Assembly: GCA_964558645.1 (NCBI GenBank)
Contig: CAZLEV010000010.1
Location: 32,001-96,000, forward strand
Reading direction: 5' to 3'
DNA from: an uncultured archaeon
Lineage (GTDB): Archaea > Asgardarchaeota > Thorarchaeia > Thorarchaeales > Thorarchaeaceae
Length of the DNA: 64,000 nucleotides
A program made the translations under genes and the position numbers. Below, one piece after another: positions 29,614-39,575 of the stretch. A model generated the notes under the pieces. The model saw only the letters and a program-made list of their open reading frames with translations. It was not told the origin of the DNA and did not search any database. Each line of letters starts with the position of its first letter. Positions within the stretch are counted from its first letter, which is position 1.

Positions 29614-30153
29614 TTATTGGGCAAGTCTCTCTCCTAGTGTCCAATACTCTCCAGCGAGAGGAAGATACGTGAATAGGTTTGCTTTTCCAGGGTCGAGTCT
29701 GCCGCTGTTGTCCAGAATGGATTCGTCTATGTGGACTGCCAGAATCTCTGCAATGAACAGGTCGTGGGCCCCTAGATTCACAATCTTCTCTGTCTTGCAT
29801 TCGATGTTGATTGGACATTCCTCTATCATCGGGCTTGTTACCTTGGACGAAGATGCGGGTGTTAGATTACACTCCTCGAATTTGTTATGGTCTCTTCCAG
29901 ACTTACTTCCACAGAAGATTGTTGTTTCCATCAGTTCCACTGAGGGTATATTAACAACAAAATCTCCGGCTCTCTTCACTAGACCATGACTGAAACGATT
30001 TGGTCTTATACCCACAACCAAAGTGGGTGGATTGCTGCACACATTTGCTGCCCAGGATAAGGTGATGATGTTCGGCCGCTTGTCATCTGCCACGCTAAGT
30101 AACACAGCAGGACAGGGGACCAGCGCAGTGGATGGTTTCTTCTCTATCTTCAT
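29614..30153 (-). CDS. Flavin reductase (flavoredoxin-like) family protein
   Basis: PCPAVLL, FVVNIP, CGSKSGRD, ECPINIEC and GAHDLFIAEI. Confidence 0.9.
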   Translation of the reverse strand: MKIEKKPSTALVPCPAVLLSVADDKRPNIITLSWAANVCSNPPTLVVGIRPNRFSHGLVKRAGDFVVNIPSVELMETTIFCGSKSGRDHNKFEECNLTPASSSKVTSPMIEECPINIECKTEKIVNLGAHDLFIAEILAVHIDESILDNSGRLDPGKANLFTYLPLAGEYWTLGERLAQ

Positions 30154-30254
30154 AGTATTGGTCTAGGTGACGCAGTCTTATTTCTTTGTCGAGGACGCCA
30201 AGTTTAAGATAGGGCTCTGAGGGCATAGAGCATACCATACTAAGAGGTTTACAC

Positions 30255-31166
30255 ATGGTGCGAGTACTCATTGCTGATCCAATCGCCGCTTCTGCCCAGA
30301 AGCGAATCGAAGATGCAGGATTCGAAGTCGTTGTCCGAGACAAAAACACGGAAGCTCCTATCTCTGAGCAGATACTAGGATTTGACTGTGTCATTGTACG
30401 TAGCGCAACTAAAATCACGAAGGAAGTTCTGGAAGCCGCCGATGATCTGAAGTTAATTGTGCGCGCAGGGGTAGGCCTAGATAACATTGATCTTGAAGCC
30501 GCCGAAGAGGTAGGAGTCAAGGTGATGAACACACCTGAGGCTCCAACTGTTTCCGTGGCAGAGATGGTCTTCGCCTTGATGTTCGCCTTGGCAAGGAACG
30601 TGACCCAGGCAGACTCATCGATGAAAGAGGAGAAATGGAACAAGAAGATACTTAGAGGCACTGAGCTATGGCAGAAGACACTTGGCATAATCGGATTCGG
30701 CAGAATCGGTCAAGAAGTAGCGAAAAGAGCAAAAGCTCTCGATATGAAGGTTCTTGCTTATGATGTCATTGACATCACCGATGCATGCAAGTCGTGCGGC
30801 GCCCAAGCCTCTACACTTGATGGCATTATCACAGAGTCTGATTACATCTCACTTCACGTACCACTGCTACCTCAGACCAAGGGCATGATTGGCGCTGCTG
30901 AGTTTGAGAAGATGAAAGACACAGCATTCCTTGTCAATACTGCTCGTGGAGGAGTAGTCGATGAAGAGGCACTTCTCTCCGCCCTTGACAAAGGTAAGAT
31001 TGCTGGAGCAGGACTTGATGTATTCGAGAACGAGCCGCCGACGGATTGGAGCTTAGTGAAGCATCCAAAGGTTGTCGCAACACCCCATCTGGCTTCCTCA
31101 ACACTTGAAGCACAGGTCAGGGTCGGTGAACTGACTGCTGAAAAGGTCATCAATGAACTGAAATAG
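30255..31166 (+). CDS. D-2-hydroxyacid dehydrogenase (SerA-like, no ACT domain)
   Basis: RAGVGLDNID, GFGRIG, LHVPL, NTARGGVVDE and TPHLAS. Confidence 0.92.
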   Translation: MVRVLIADPIAASAQKRIEDAGFEVVVRDKNTEAPISEQILGFDCVIVRSATKITKEVLEAADDLKLIVRAGVGLDNIDLEAAEEVGVKVMNTPEAPTVSVAEMVFALMFALARNVTQADSSMKEEKWNKKILRGTELWQKTLGIIGFGRIGQEVAKRAKALDMKVLAYDVIDITDACKSCGAQASTLDGIITESDYISLHVPLLPQTKGMIGAAEFEKMKDTAFLVNTARGGVVDEEALLSALDKGKIAGAGLDVFENEPPTDWSLVKHPKVVATPHLASSTLEAQVRVGELTAEKVINELK

Positions 31167-31304
31167 ACTGAGAGAAGGATACAGAGAAGTAGCTCAAGGT
31201 CAGTTTTGGTGTTCCTTTCGGGACAGAAACTGACCACACTTCTCAACCACTCTAACTGGATTCTCCAAATCGCTACAATTTTAAGTGGACTATCTAGCGA
31301 TTAG

Positions 31305-31433
31305 AGTGGCCTCGTTTTGAGGCTTCCTATTCCTTTGTGTTGGCGGATCCGTCCGCACGGGATGTGGCCCAAATGCTGGGCTGAACCACAAACAAAGTGA
31401 ATATTATTGCTACAAAGGAAGGAGATACCGAAT
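31305..31433 (+). promoter_or_regulatory. Structured 5' leader of rpl15e
   Basis: TATA-like TTTTAAG at 31279. Helices GCCTC/GAGGC, and CTTTGT/ACAAAG enclosing GCGGA/TCCGC and GGCCCA/TGGGCT. Confidence 0.5.
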
Positions 31434-32012
31434 TTGGCATACAAATACATCCAGAAAACCTGGATTGATCAACAGAAAGAACGTTCTGAGCTTGTAAGGA
31501 ATCGTCTCATCGTCTGGCGAAAACAGGGTAGTATTGTAAGACTGGATAAACCGACAAGGATTGCGCGCGCACGGACGCTGGGGTACAAGGCAAAGCAGGG
31601 CTATGTGATCGTCAGGGTCAAGATAGGAAGAGGCCCTAGAGAGAAACCCCGGCCGCGGATGGGTCGAAAGCCTAGAAGCTTGGGTGTTAACAAGTACACA
31701 CCTCAAAAATCCAGGCAGTGGATAGCCGAGGAACGTGTTGCGAAGAAGTATCCGAACTTGCGAGTCTTGAACTCTTATTGGATTGGCTCAGATCACAAAC
31801 TGGCGTTCTATGAAATTATTCTGGTTGATCCCAATCATCCCAACATCTACAATGATTCTGAGATTAACTGGATCTGTGCTCCGTCACAGAAGGGCCGAGT
31901 GCATCGGGGTCTTACATCTGCAGGGAAGCGAAGCAGAGGTCTCCGTAAGAAAGGTCGAGGCGCGGAGAAACTTCGTCCCTCTCTTGGGTCAAAGGGCAAC
32001 CTAGGCAAGTAG
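31434..32012 (+). CDS. rpl15e: 50S ribosomal protein L15e
   Basis: AYKYI, PTRIARARTLGYKAKQG, AEERV, LNSYW and RGLTSAG; TTG start. Confidence 0.97.
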   Translation: MAYKYIQKTWIDQQKERSELVRNRLIVWRKQGSIVRLDKPTRIARARTLGYKAKQGYVIVRVKIGRGPREKPRPRMGRKPRSLGVNKYTPQKSRQWIAEERVAKKYPNLRVLNSYWIGSDHKLAFYEIILVDPNHPNIYNDSEINWICAPSQKGRVHRGLTSAGKRSRGLRKKGRGAEKLRPSLGSKGNLGK

Positions 32013-32036
32013 GCCTAAGATCTGGCTGGAACCAAG

Positions 32037-32510
32037 ATGCCTTTCATAAGAAGGGTTGAGGCCCGTGCATATGCCTATACAACCGAAGTGCCAGAGCGAG
32101 TAGAATCCGCGCTTCTTGAACTATTCCCCGAGGACGTCTATGAGAAGCTCGAGCTAGAAGTTGAGGAAACTGAGAGCCATCTGGGTCTAACCATTGTTGT
32201 CTTCGAGGTGGCGCTGGAAAATAAGAAGGCATGCAATAGAACTCTGGAGTATATCTTGGCTCGACTGTCGGAAGGTGATCGCTACTATGTCAGGAGCACC
32301 CTAGAACGTAGAATCGACGATCGCTGCAGGGTGTATTTCCGTTTTGATAAGCAGGCCGCCTATTTAGAGGAGATCAAGCTGACCCAAGGGCCAGACCTTA
32401 TCAACTTCCAGTTTCATCTCATTGAGTACCCTCGTTGCGAACACGAGGACGTCATAGTGTTCTTGACACAGAAGCTTGACGCAATGGAGGCTCTAGAAGG
32501 TGCTGATTGA
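32037..32510 (+). CDS. RNA-binding domain protein (COG1325-like)
   Basis: TTEVPERVESAL and YFRFDKQAAY; conserved L15e-RNase P context. Confidence 0.8.
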   Translation: MPFIRRVEARAYAYTTEVPERVESALLELFPEDVYEKLELEVEETESHLGLTIVVFEVALENKKACNRTLEYILARLSEGDRYYVRSTLERRIDDRCRVYFRFDKQAAYLEEIKLTQGPDLINFQFHLIEYPRCEHEDVIVFLTQKLDAMEALEGAD

Positions 32511-33183
32511 TGTCAACATAAAGGCTGATACAAGCGAGTTGTTGGATGAGATGCTGCGTATTGCACATGCCTTAGGTTTTGATGCAGTTGCGATTTCCAC
32601 CAATCTTAAAGTGAGCGCCGAGGAGACTCCGAGCATTCCCATTCTATCCCGAACGGATATCACCAGCAGAACCCTACAAGGCATAAAGACCCAAGCGGGG
32701 CAGCATAGAAAACATTCTCTGATAGTTGCACTCCCTCTCAGAGGCGTCCTTACGGCAAACTGGGCGGCTGAAGACTCCAGAGTCGATCTATTAACACTCC
32801 AAGTAGATAATACACAATCAAGGCTACGAAGGACAACGGCCAGGCTCGCTGCAGAGAATCAAACCACTCTCGAGATTTGCATTGACCCCCTTCTCCACAG
32901 CGATGGTCTGCAAAGATCTAGAATCATCAAGACCTGTCGAGAGGCTGTATCTGTTGCACTGGATGCCGGGATGTCCATTTTGCTGTCCAGTGGCGCGTCC
33001 CATCCTCTCTCCCTCCGATCACCTAAGGCCCTACAATTCATCGGTACGGTCTTGGGGATGCGATTAGAAGAGGCTGGGAGGGCAGCTCTTGAGATGCCTG
33101 GGGAGATAGTTTCTCGCAATCGCCACAAGATGTCAGCGGGATATATCGCTCCTGGACTCGAGATTGTAAAGGAGGGCAAATAG
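32500..33183 (+). CDS. rnp3: RNase P protein Rpp30
   Basis: RVDLL, ARLAAENQTTLEI and SSGASHPLSLRSP; gene context. Confidence 0.88.
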   Translation: MLIDVNIKADTSELLDEMLRIAHALGFDAVAISTNLKVSAEETPSIPILSRTDITSRTLQGIKTQAGQHRKHSLIVALPLRGVLTANWAAEDSRVDLLTLQVDNTQSRLRRTTARLAAENQTTLEICIDPLLHSDGLQRSRIIKTCREAVSVALDAGMSILLSSGASHPLSLRSPKALQFIGTVLGMRLEEAGRAALEMPGEIVSRNRHKMSAGYIAPGLEIVKEGK

Positions 33184-33185
33184 AG

Positions 33186-33491
33186 GTGAAGATGGAGAAG
33201 AAACGCCATCTCCTGTTCAAGCTACACGGATCAGGACCACAAGTGACGGAACGACAACTCGTTTCTGCCATCAGGAGTAGCCTGCACACACTATACGGAG
33301 AAGTGTGTGTTGCCACATCAAAGCTCTACCTTGATGAATACAATCCGGAGAACGGAAAAGGTATCTTGCAGTGCAATCTGGAAAGCCTCAACCAAGTGGT
33401 TGCTGCAGCATGTATGTTGAACAGGATTGGTAAGACCGATGTTTCATTCCAACCCATGAAGCTTTCAGGTTCATTGCGCAGCTTGAAGTAG
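33186..33491 (+). CDS. rnp2: RNase P protein Pop5
   Basis: KKRHLLF, LYGE, GILQC and SGSLRSL. Confidence 0.85.
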   Translation: MKMEKKRHLLFKLHGSGPQVTERQLVSAIRSSLHTLYGEVCVATSKLYLDEYNPENGKGILQCNLESLNQVVAAACMLNRIGKTDVSFQPMKLSGSLRSLK

Positions 33492-33496
33492 AGGCA

Positions 33497-33916
33497 CTAC
33501 TCGATCCTAGTCTTGATTTGACATGCTGTATTATCCCCTGCTAGAACGAAAGAACCATACTTCCATGTTCCCCTTCTCTTAGATGCAATAATCCAAACGA
33601 CAGGATTGAGGCGCATGTTTTCCAAGTCCGTGTTGGAAGGGTAAACCGAAGCTGGGTGGCTATGAAATATCCCAACCAGCTCTTCTCCTCTCTCTTCTGC
33701 CTCAACAAGCAGTCTGTATTGTTCTTCAGGTTCTACTTTAAAGGTGGCCACGCTAGCAGCCGAGTTTTCCATCAATGCAACGCGCTCAGTAATACTTCTC
33801 TGGTTAGATATATGTCCGAACAGAAGTGCTACTCCCTCCATTGGATGCCAGAACTCTGCATGATCCAACATAGCATCAAGCATGTTCTGCGTCAAGATAA
33901 TCTCTTCTAGTTCCAT
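33497..33916 (-). CDS. JAB/MPN (M67) metalloprotease
   Basis: PMEGVALLFG and the JAMM motif FHSHP..PS.TD. Confidence 0.9.
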   Translation of the reverse strand: MELEEIILTQNMLDAMLDHAEFWHPMEGVALLFGHISNQRSITERVALMENSAASVATFKVEPEEQYRLLVEAEERGEELVGIFHSHPASVYPSNTDLENMRLNPVVWIIASKRRGTWKYGSFVLAGDNTACQIKTRIE

Positions 33917-33928
33917 TCAAATTCCCGG

Positions 33929-34366
33929 CTACAGGGGCGACTTGATAGTTTCTAGAACAATACAAGTTTCAACTTCACCAACGCCAGGAGCTTTGCCCAG
34001 CCGTTTCTCCAAGAAACTCCTCAGCTCGTTAAGGTCATTCACTGTGACTTTTAACATGAGCCCACAAGCTCCGTCCAAGAAGTACGCCTCGTCCACCTCG
34101 TCATAGCCCTTTATCTCCTCAGCTATGATGGTAGCCTGTTTCATCATGGTCTTCACCCTGATGATAGCTCGAATGCGTGGTCCAATCTTCATCGGATCGA
34201 GTACTACCGTGAATCTCTTGATTATACCTTGGTTCACAAGCCGTCGTACACGTCTCCGTATTGTCACTTCTGTTCGCTCTACCTCCTCAGCAATCTCTGA
34301 GTAAGATCTTCGTCCGTCTTGCTGTAGCATTCTTATGATTTTCTTATCTATCTCGTCAAGCTTCAT
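33929..34366 (-). CDS. Lrp/AsnC family regulator
   Basis: LDEIDKKIIRMLQQDGRRSYSEIA HTH followed by a RAM domain. Confidence 0.93.
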   Translation of the reverse strand: MKLDEIDKKIIRMLQQDGRRSYSEIAEEVERTEVTIRRRVRRLVNQGIIKRFTVVLDPMKIGPRIRAIIRVKTMMKQATIIAEEIKGYDEVDEAYFLDGACGLMLKVTVNDLNELRSFLEKRLGKAPGVGEVETCIVLETIKSPL

Positions 34367-34522
34367 AGGAATCGTCTCTTAGTGTTTCTCCAAGGTATAC
34401 TGTCCCGTAGTCGCTGTGCATCGTGATAGTATTCTCACATATACCTTTTGAAAAGTGAACGAGGTCGAAAGTTTCTTGAGCTCAATCAATCAAAAATGAC
34501 CAATCCAAAAGGACAAGTCCCT

Positions 34523-35386
34523 CTAGAGTACCCTAATCTCTTCCGAGAGAATCCTTTCTTCCTTCCCAGACATGATGGCATAGAGCTCGATATGGTCTGT
34601 CATCTGGGGTGCACTTCGTATCTTCTTCTCCAAGAGCTCTTGAATCTGAAAGATTCCAGATGCATTCATCATCTCCACCTCAATTCGTACCGTCTTGTTC
34701 TCTCCCTTCTTGATGCTCACTTTTCGGATTGCCATAGCAGATGCTGAATGTATGTTTACACTTCCCGCTTCGAAGGGAATCCGAGCACGACCAGCAGTCA
34801 TATCTAATGCATCAGCGATTCCCACGATTCCTGCCTCGATGGTATGAGGAACAATGACCTTGTCATGAGAATACATAGCATGAAGCACGTGTCCTCGGAT
34901 GTGTATCTGCTTGTGGGTATCACTTGGGTATACCTTTTGCAGTATTCTATCGATGACTGGTTTTGCCAAAAATACGGAGAACTGGTCATGATTCTCTCTA
35001 TGGACGCTCATGCCAATGTCATGCAGGTATCCTGCAAGCAACACTATCAGTTGTGCATCGTCGAAGGTGCCGGTTCCTTCCTGAACTATGGTTGGTTGTA
35101 CTCCCTTGCTCAGTTTGTCAAGAAGTTCAATCCCGTTCTTTGTGACAATCAGTGAATGCGTATGACCATGATCGGAAAAACCCATCCTGTCAATTGCCAT
35201 TCGGTTCGTATCTTCTAGTATGGTCTGCACTTCTGCGTCATTCTCTAAGGCATCAAATGCTGTCACACATAGTTCGTTTGACTGGAACAATCTCCGTACT
35301 CTGTCTTTCAGTGTCAGTCTGTGATGTTTCTTGTTTTTAGTCAATTGAGTATTCCCCCTCAACATGGAATATATTATCTTATTCAT
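34523..35386 (-). CDS. HD-domain phosphohydrolase (COG3294-like)
   Basis: DHGHTHS, LHDIGMSVHR, ADALDM..GRARIPF and IHSASA. Confidence 0.88.
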   Translation of the reverse strand: MNKIIYSMLRGNTQLTKNKKHHRLTLKDRVRRLFQSNELCVTAFDALENDAEVQTILEDTNRMAIDRMGFSDHGHTHSLIVTKNGIELLDKLSKGVQPTIVQEGTGTFDDAQLIVLLAGYLHDIGMSVHRENHDQFSVFLAKPVIDRILQKVYPSDTHKQIHIRGHVLHAMYSHDKVIVPHTIEAGIVGIADALDMTAGRARIPFEAGSVNIHSASAMAIRKVSIKKGENKTVRIEVEMMNASGIFQIQELLEKKIRSAPQMTDHIELYAIMSGKEERILSEEIRVL

Positions 35387-35435
35387 ACAAGAATCACGTA
35401 CATAAAGGGATAGCCGTTTGGATAGTGGCAGATTC

Positions 35436-35903
35436 CTACATCAACCTAACCAGGAGTTCTCTGGCAAAAGCGCGAGATGCCTCAATGTCCTCCTCGTTTG
35501 GTCTTCCCTTGTTGATACCTCCCACCAACCTAAACGGCATGTTATTCTGATAGCCTTTGCATCCGAATTCACCCACAATCTCAAATCCCCTCTCTTCCAA
35601 CTTCTCTGATAGTGGCTGTCTGCCTAATCGTGCCCAATGGAGATGGTCAAGCCCATGTGTGAAGAAAAGGAAGGCTTTCCCTTTCTCCATGAACGGAATC
35701 CCCTCCACGAATTCTCCCAGACTACGATGAAGCTTGCCGAAGTACACTCCCGAGCCAAATCCGATAAGATCATACTCTTTCAGTCGATTATGAGAAACTT
35801 GCTCCGGAGTTACTATCTCGGCTTGGAGTACATCTCCTATGGCCGAAGCAATCTTCCTAGTATTTCCATGGTGTATAGACCTGTAAATAATCAGTGAATT
35901 CAT
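35436..35903 (-). CDS. Flavodoxin family protein
   Basis: YRSIHHGNTRKIA, IGFGSGVY and GRPNEED. Confidence 0.88.
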   Translation of the reverse strand: MNSLIIYRSIHHGNTRKIASAIGDVLQAEIVTPEQVSHNRLKEYDLIGFGSGVYFGKLHRSLGEFVEGIPFMEKGKAFLFFTHGLDHLHWARLGRQPLSEKLEERGFEIVGEFGCKGYQNNMPFRLVGGINKGRPNEEDIEASRAFARELLVRLM

Positions 35904-36064
35904 TGAACTTCCTTCTCGCTATGCAATCAGTGACAGGATATAGTCGTGCCACGAAAGAATCATCACTAATCGCACTATCCACCACCAGTTTAAAGTGCCT
36001 TGTTCCTTCCATCACAGCATCTCCAAAGCTTGAGAAATGTCAAGGCATGAGAGATGGGTCCACT

Positions 36065-37438
36065 ATGCAGGCAACAGACAACGACTTGGTGCGGGATGTC
36101 ACTTCCTTTTATTCGGAGAACTCCTCTCTTTTCGATGAAATAGGTTACCATTTCAAGGCACCGCAGACTTACCTCTATGAATACAGACTCAGGCATCCTG
36201 AAACAGAAGTAATCTTTCCAGACAAACAGAAGGCTCTCAATTTCATACCTAACAAGGACCGACGTATCCATCGCTGGACCAAGTATATAGAGGGATTCTC
36301 CGATGAGTTTGTGTTTGAGAGCTTTGATCGCTTCTCTCTCGATGTTGGTGATATAGTGCTCGATCCATTTGCTGGCTCGGGCACAGTGAATGTCTGTGCG
36401 AAAATGTGTGGTCTTGAATCTGTAGGAGTAGAGATTAACCCCACCATTTGTCGAATACTCAAGGCCAAGACCAACTGGGACACAAGTCCTGCATCCATTC
36501 TCGATGCATACGAGGGTTTCTCTTTTGATGAACCGGCTACCATTGAAGCACCTCAATTCCTGAGAACCAAGAAACAGTTCAATCCTGGCATCTTGGAGAA
36601 CATTCTCCGAATCAAGGAACAGATACTCCTAGTGCAAGACACCTCGATACGACAATACCTGGATGTCGCTTTTCTCGGTATATTGCTACCATCGAGTAAC
36701 CTCAAACGTTCTCCATCAATCGGCTACGACTGGAAAAAGTCGGAGGCCCTCGAAGACGATCTCCCCATAAAACTCTTCGAGAACTCGATTCATCAAATTG
36801 TAGTCGACCTTGACTATGTACGCAGCAACTATGATATTCATATTCCCTGTCACATCTACACTGCCGACTCCAAAGAACTGGACCTCTCCAATGACTATGT
36901 CTTCGATGCAGTTGTGACCTCTCCACCGTATCTCAACTCGTTTGACTATGCGGGCAACTACAAGCTCGAGATCGGATGGCTTGATGACGCATCATCGACG
37001 AAGGACCTGAGACATCTTCGTGACAGGATGATACTCTGTGACAATGTTTCTCGGCGCATGATCCGCGACTACAATCAGAAACCAAGACTCTTTGACCACG
37101 AATGGTTGGACTCCATCATGTCGGCCGTGAAACCCCGAATGGCCGAACGGGTGGGAATCAGGCGGACAGACTATCCGACTCTACTGCGCAAGTACTTCGA
37201 AGATATATTCCTCGTTCTTCAGAAAGTCTTTGCTGCAATGCGGGAGGACGGCAGGGTGGCATGGGTTGTTGGGGACTCGTTAATCCTAGACGTCTATATT
37301 CCAACGGATCTTCTCACTCTGGAGATTGCACAGATAGTTGGCTTTACGCCAATGGGAATGGAGGTTGGGCGAGTCAGACGCTCCGGAATCAGAAGGAGTT
37401 TCAAACTAAGGGAGACCGTATTGTATTTCAAGAAATAA
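36065..37438 (+). CDS. Orphan DNA methyltransferase (N4-C/N6-A)
   Basis: IHRWTKYIEGFS, VLDPFAGSGT (motif I) before VTSPPYLN (motif IV), and LRETVL. Confidence 0.88.
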   Translation: MQATDNDLVRDVTSFYSENSSLFDEIGYHFKAPQTYLYEYRLRHPETEVIFPDKQKALNFIPNKDRRIHRWTKYIEGFSDEFVFESFDRFSLDVGDIVLDPFAGSGTVNVCAKMCGLESVGVEINPTICRILKAKTNWDTSPASILDAYEGFSFDEPATIEAPQFLRTKKQFNPGILENILRIKEQILLVQDTSIRQYLDVAFLGILLPSSNLKRSPSIGYDWKKSEALEDDLPIKLFENSIHQIVVDLDYVRSNYDIHIPCHIYTADSKELDLSNDYVFDAVVTSPPYLNSFDYAGNYKLEIGWLDDASSTKDLRHLRDRMILCDNVSRRMIRDYNQKPRLFDHEWLDSIMSAVKPRMAERVGIRRTDYPTLLRKYFEDIFLVLQKVFAAMREDGRVAWVVGDSLILDVYIPTDLLTLEIAQIVGFTPMGMEVGRVRRSGIRRSFKLRETVLYFKK

Positions 37439-37452
37439 TTGGAAGTTGTGCT

Positions 37453-37620
37453 ATGCCAGTCTGGAAAGAAGCAGATCGTGATGACGACGGATTCCCCCAC
37501 ACTGATGCAGGGAAGATGACCCTCAAAGAGCGTACAGAGTACCTCCTTGACGAGATTATGGCTCTACACAATCGCATTGCCTCAATCGAGAATACTCTTG
37601 AACGACTGATCTCGGAATGA
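37453..37620 (+). CDS. Small coiled-coil protein (55 aa)
   Basis: MPVWKEADRDDDGFPHTDAGKMTLKERTEYLLDEIMALHNRIASIENTLERLISE, 14 nt after the MTase stop. Confidence 0.55.
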   Translation: MPVWKEADRDDDGFPHTDAGKMTLKERTEYLLDEIMALHNRIASIENTLERLISE

Positions 37621-37633
37621 GGCCGTTTCCGGT

Positions 37634-38521
37634 CTACACTGTGGCTGGCTGGGGTAAAGATTTCTCTGTGCCAATCTTGGGAGCCTCTCGAGTTCGTGAG
37701 TCGTAGATGAAGTATGCCCCGAGAACTCCAAGGAACGAAACATATCCAACTATCTCCAATGCCGACGGGTTCCCGTTGTACCCGAACAGCGCCTTGGCAA
37801 GACCACCGATGAGTCCATTATCATGCAACAGGGGATACGAACCATCCGATAAGAGCGGTGGGTTGATGTTCCACACTTCCACGGGTCCCACTAGAAGATA
37901 TCCTGCCTCCTGTAGTTCATGAATGCCATAAGCAACCATACCCGCAGCAAACAGGATCAGGAAGAATGAGGTCCATTTGAAGAAGGTCGTCATGCTTATT
38001 CTTAGTGATCCTCTGTAGATTCCAAAGCCAATCACGACGGCAAGAGCGAGGCCAAGCACCACTCCTAGATAGGTCTGGAGCGGGTCCTGTACTGCAAGGG
38101 CAACCGTGAAGAGGGCTAGTTCCACGCCTTCTCTCAGAATCAGTGCAAAGCTCAGCGAGGCTAGTCCTAGCGCACCGCCTATCACAATCTTCTCATCCAT
38201 TGAGTGACGAATCTCTGATGCAAGTTTATGCCCCACGGAACGCATCCAGACAATCATCGTAGTCAACAAGAGTGCAGCGACAATGACCATCACTCCCTCG
38301 AAAAGCGCAAGAATCTCTCCCTCCAATACGCCGTAGACACCAGCCAAGACAGCTGCAACACCAATGCTGGCCAGCATTGCCAATACGCTGCCATAGATCA
38401 CGTACTTCTTCAGGGACTCCTGCTGTGTCTTGATGAGATAGGAGAGCATGATTGATATTATCAGCGCTGCTTCAATCCCTTCTCTCAGGGAGATGATTAT
38501 CGGTCCCACAAACATCTGCAT
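37634..38521 (-). CDS. FTR1-family iron permease
   Basis: Two REGxE motifs (LREGIEA, LREGVEL) and ALFGY. Confidence 0.93.
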   Translation of the reverse strand: MQMFVGPIIISLREGIEAALIISIMLSYLIKTQQESLKKYVIYGSVLAMLASIGVAAVLAGVYGVLEGEILALFEGVMVIVAALLLTTMIVWMRSVGHKLASEIRHSMDEKIVIGGALGLASLSFALILREGVELALFTVALAVQDPLQTYLGVVLGLALAVVIGFGIYRGSLRISMTTFFKWTSFFLILFAAGMVAYGIHELQEAGYLLVGPVEVWNINPPLLSDGSYPLLHDNGLIGGLAKALFGYNGNPSALEIVGYVSFLGVLGAYFIYDSRTREAPKIGTEKSLPQPATV

Positions 38522-38602
38522 CACCGTAGACGGATAAACTATAGTTAATATCATTGTGCATATATGCAATACCCCGTTCCTTCATTGGAGGCGTCCGCAG
38601 CG

Positions 38603-39310
38603 ATGAACAAGGACGAGCTTCTTGGGTTGGCCAATACCGAACTGGCACGGGCCGCAAATATGGAAAAGACTGATGCTCATGAAATCGACTGGGCGAAGAC
38701 CAAGATTAGAACCCCTGAAGTCAGAACGGCAACAAGTGCCCTTCTAAAGCGGCTCCGTTCACAGGGTATTCAGGATATCGACGAGATCTTCCGGCTCTGT
38801 GAGTTTCTTCTCTCCACAGGAACCTGGCCACACCGCACCATGGCGTTTCAGTGGAGCTTCAGTTTCAAGAAGCAATTTGAATCGAGGCATTTCCCCATAT
38901 TGGAGCACTGGGTCAATGACTATGTCACTGGTTGGGGAAGTTGTGACGATCTGTGTACCCACTCACTGGGATTCTTCCTCCTCACCTTTCCCGAATTCAT
39001 GCCGGCTGTCGTTGTGTGGACGAAGTCACCTCAGACCTATGTTCGCAGGGCCTCAGCTGTCGTTCTCATCTATGGACTCCGAAGAGGTAAGTTCTTAGAA
39101 CATGTGTTCCAAATCGCGGACCCTCTTCTGCACGATTCAGAAGATCATGTTCTCAAGGGCTATGGTTGGATGCTCAAGGAGGCCACCCAGCACTTCCCGA
39201 ACGAGGTCTTCCAGTACGTGATGGCACACAAGGATGAGATGCCACGGGTCTCCCTCCGCTATGCCATCGAGAAACTACCTCCGGAGATGAAGAAGAAGGC
39301 TATGGCTTGA
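38603..39310 (+). CDS. DNA alkylation repair protein (AlkD-like)
   Basis: WGSCDDL, VRRAS, KGYGWMLKE and LRYAIEKLP. Confidence 0.88.
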   Translation: MNKDELLGLANTELARAANMEKTDAHEIDWAKTKIRTPEVRTATSALLKRLRSQGIQDIDEIFRLCEFLLSTGTWPHRTMAFQWSFSFKKQFESRHFPILEHWVNDYVTGWGSCDDLCTHSLGFFLLTFPEFMPAVVVWTKSPQTYVRRASAVVLIYGLRRGKFLEHVFQIADPLLHDSEDHVLKGYGWMLKEATQHFPNEVFQYVMAHKDEMPRVSLRYAIEKLPPEMKKKAMA

Positions 39311-39334
39311 TCTCGACTGCTACCCAAGTCTAGA

Positions 39335-39472
39335 ATGAAAACACCCCTTCAAGAAACACCCCTTGCACAAACGACACTCACCATTCGAGTCTTGCATTGG
39401 CAAGCGGCAAAACATCTCTATGACCGACTGGGCTTCGAGGTCCGCGCCTATGCCATGAAAAAGCGACTATAG
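39335..39472 (+). pseudogene. C-terminal remnant of a GNAT acetyltransferase
   Basis: ...LTIRVLHWQAAKHLYDRLGFEVRAYAMKKRL* carries the GNAT A..LY..LGF motif only. It is preceded by the short direct repeat AAACACCCCTT x2. Confidence 0.55.
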
Positions 39473-39575
39473 TCTCTGCAGCCATATCCGGTTCGGCCGG
39501 ACCTTCTGACTCTCCATGTGGAACCAGTTGGCCTCGGCTGCGAACTCGCTCTCTTGAGATGGAGCAGTTCGTCCT

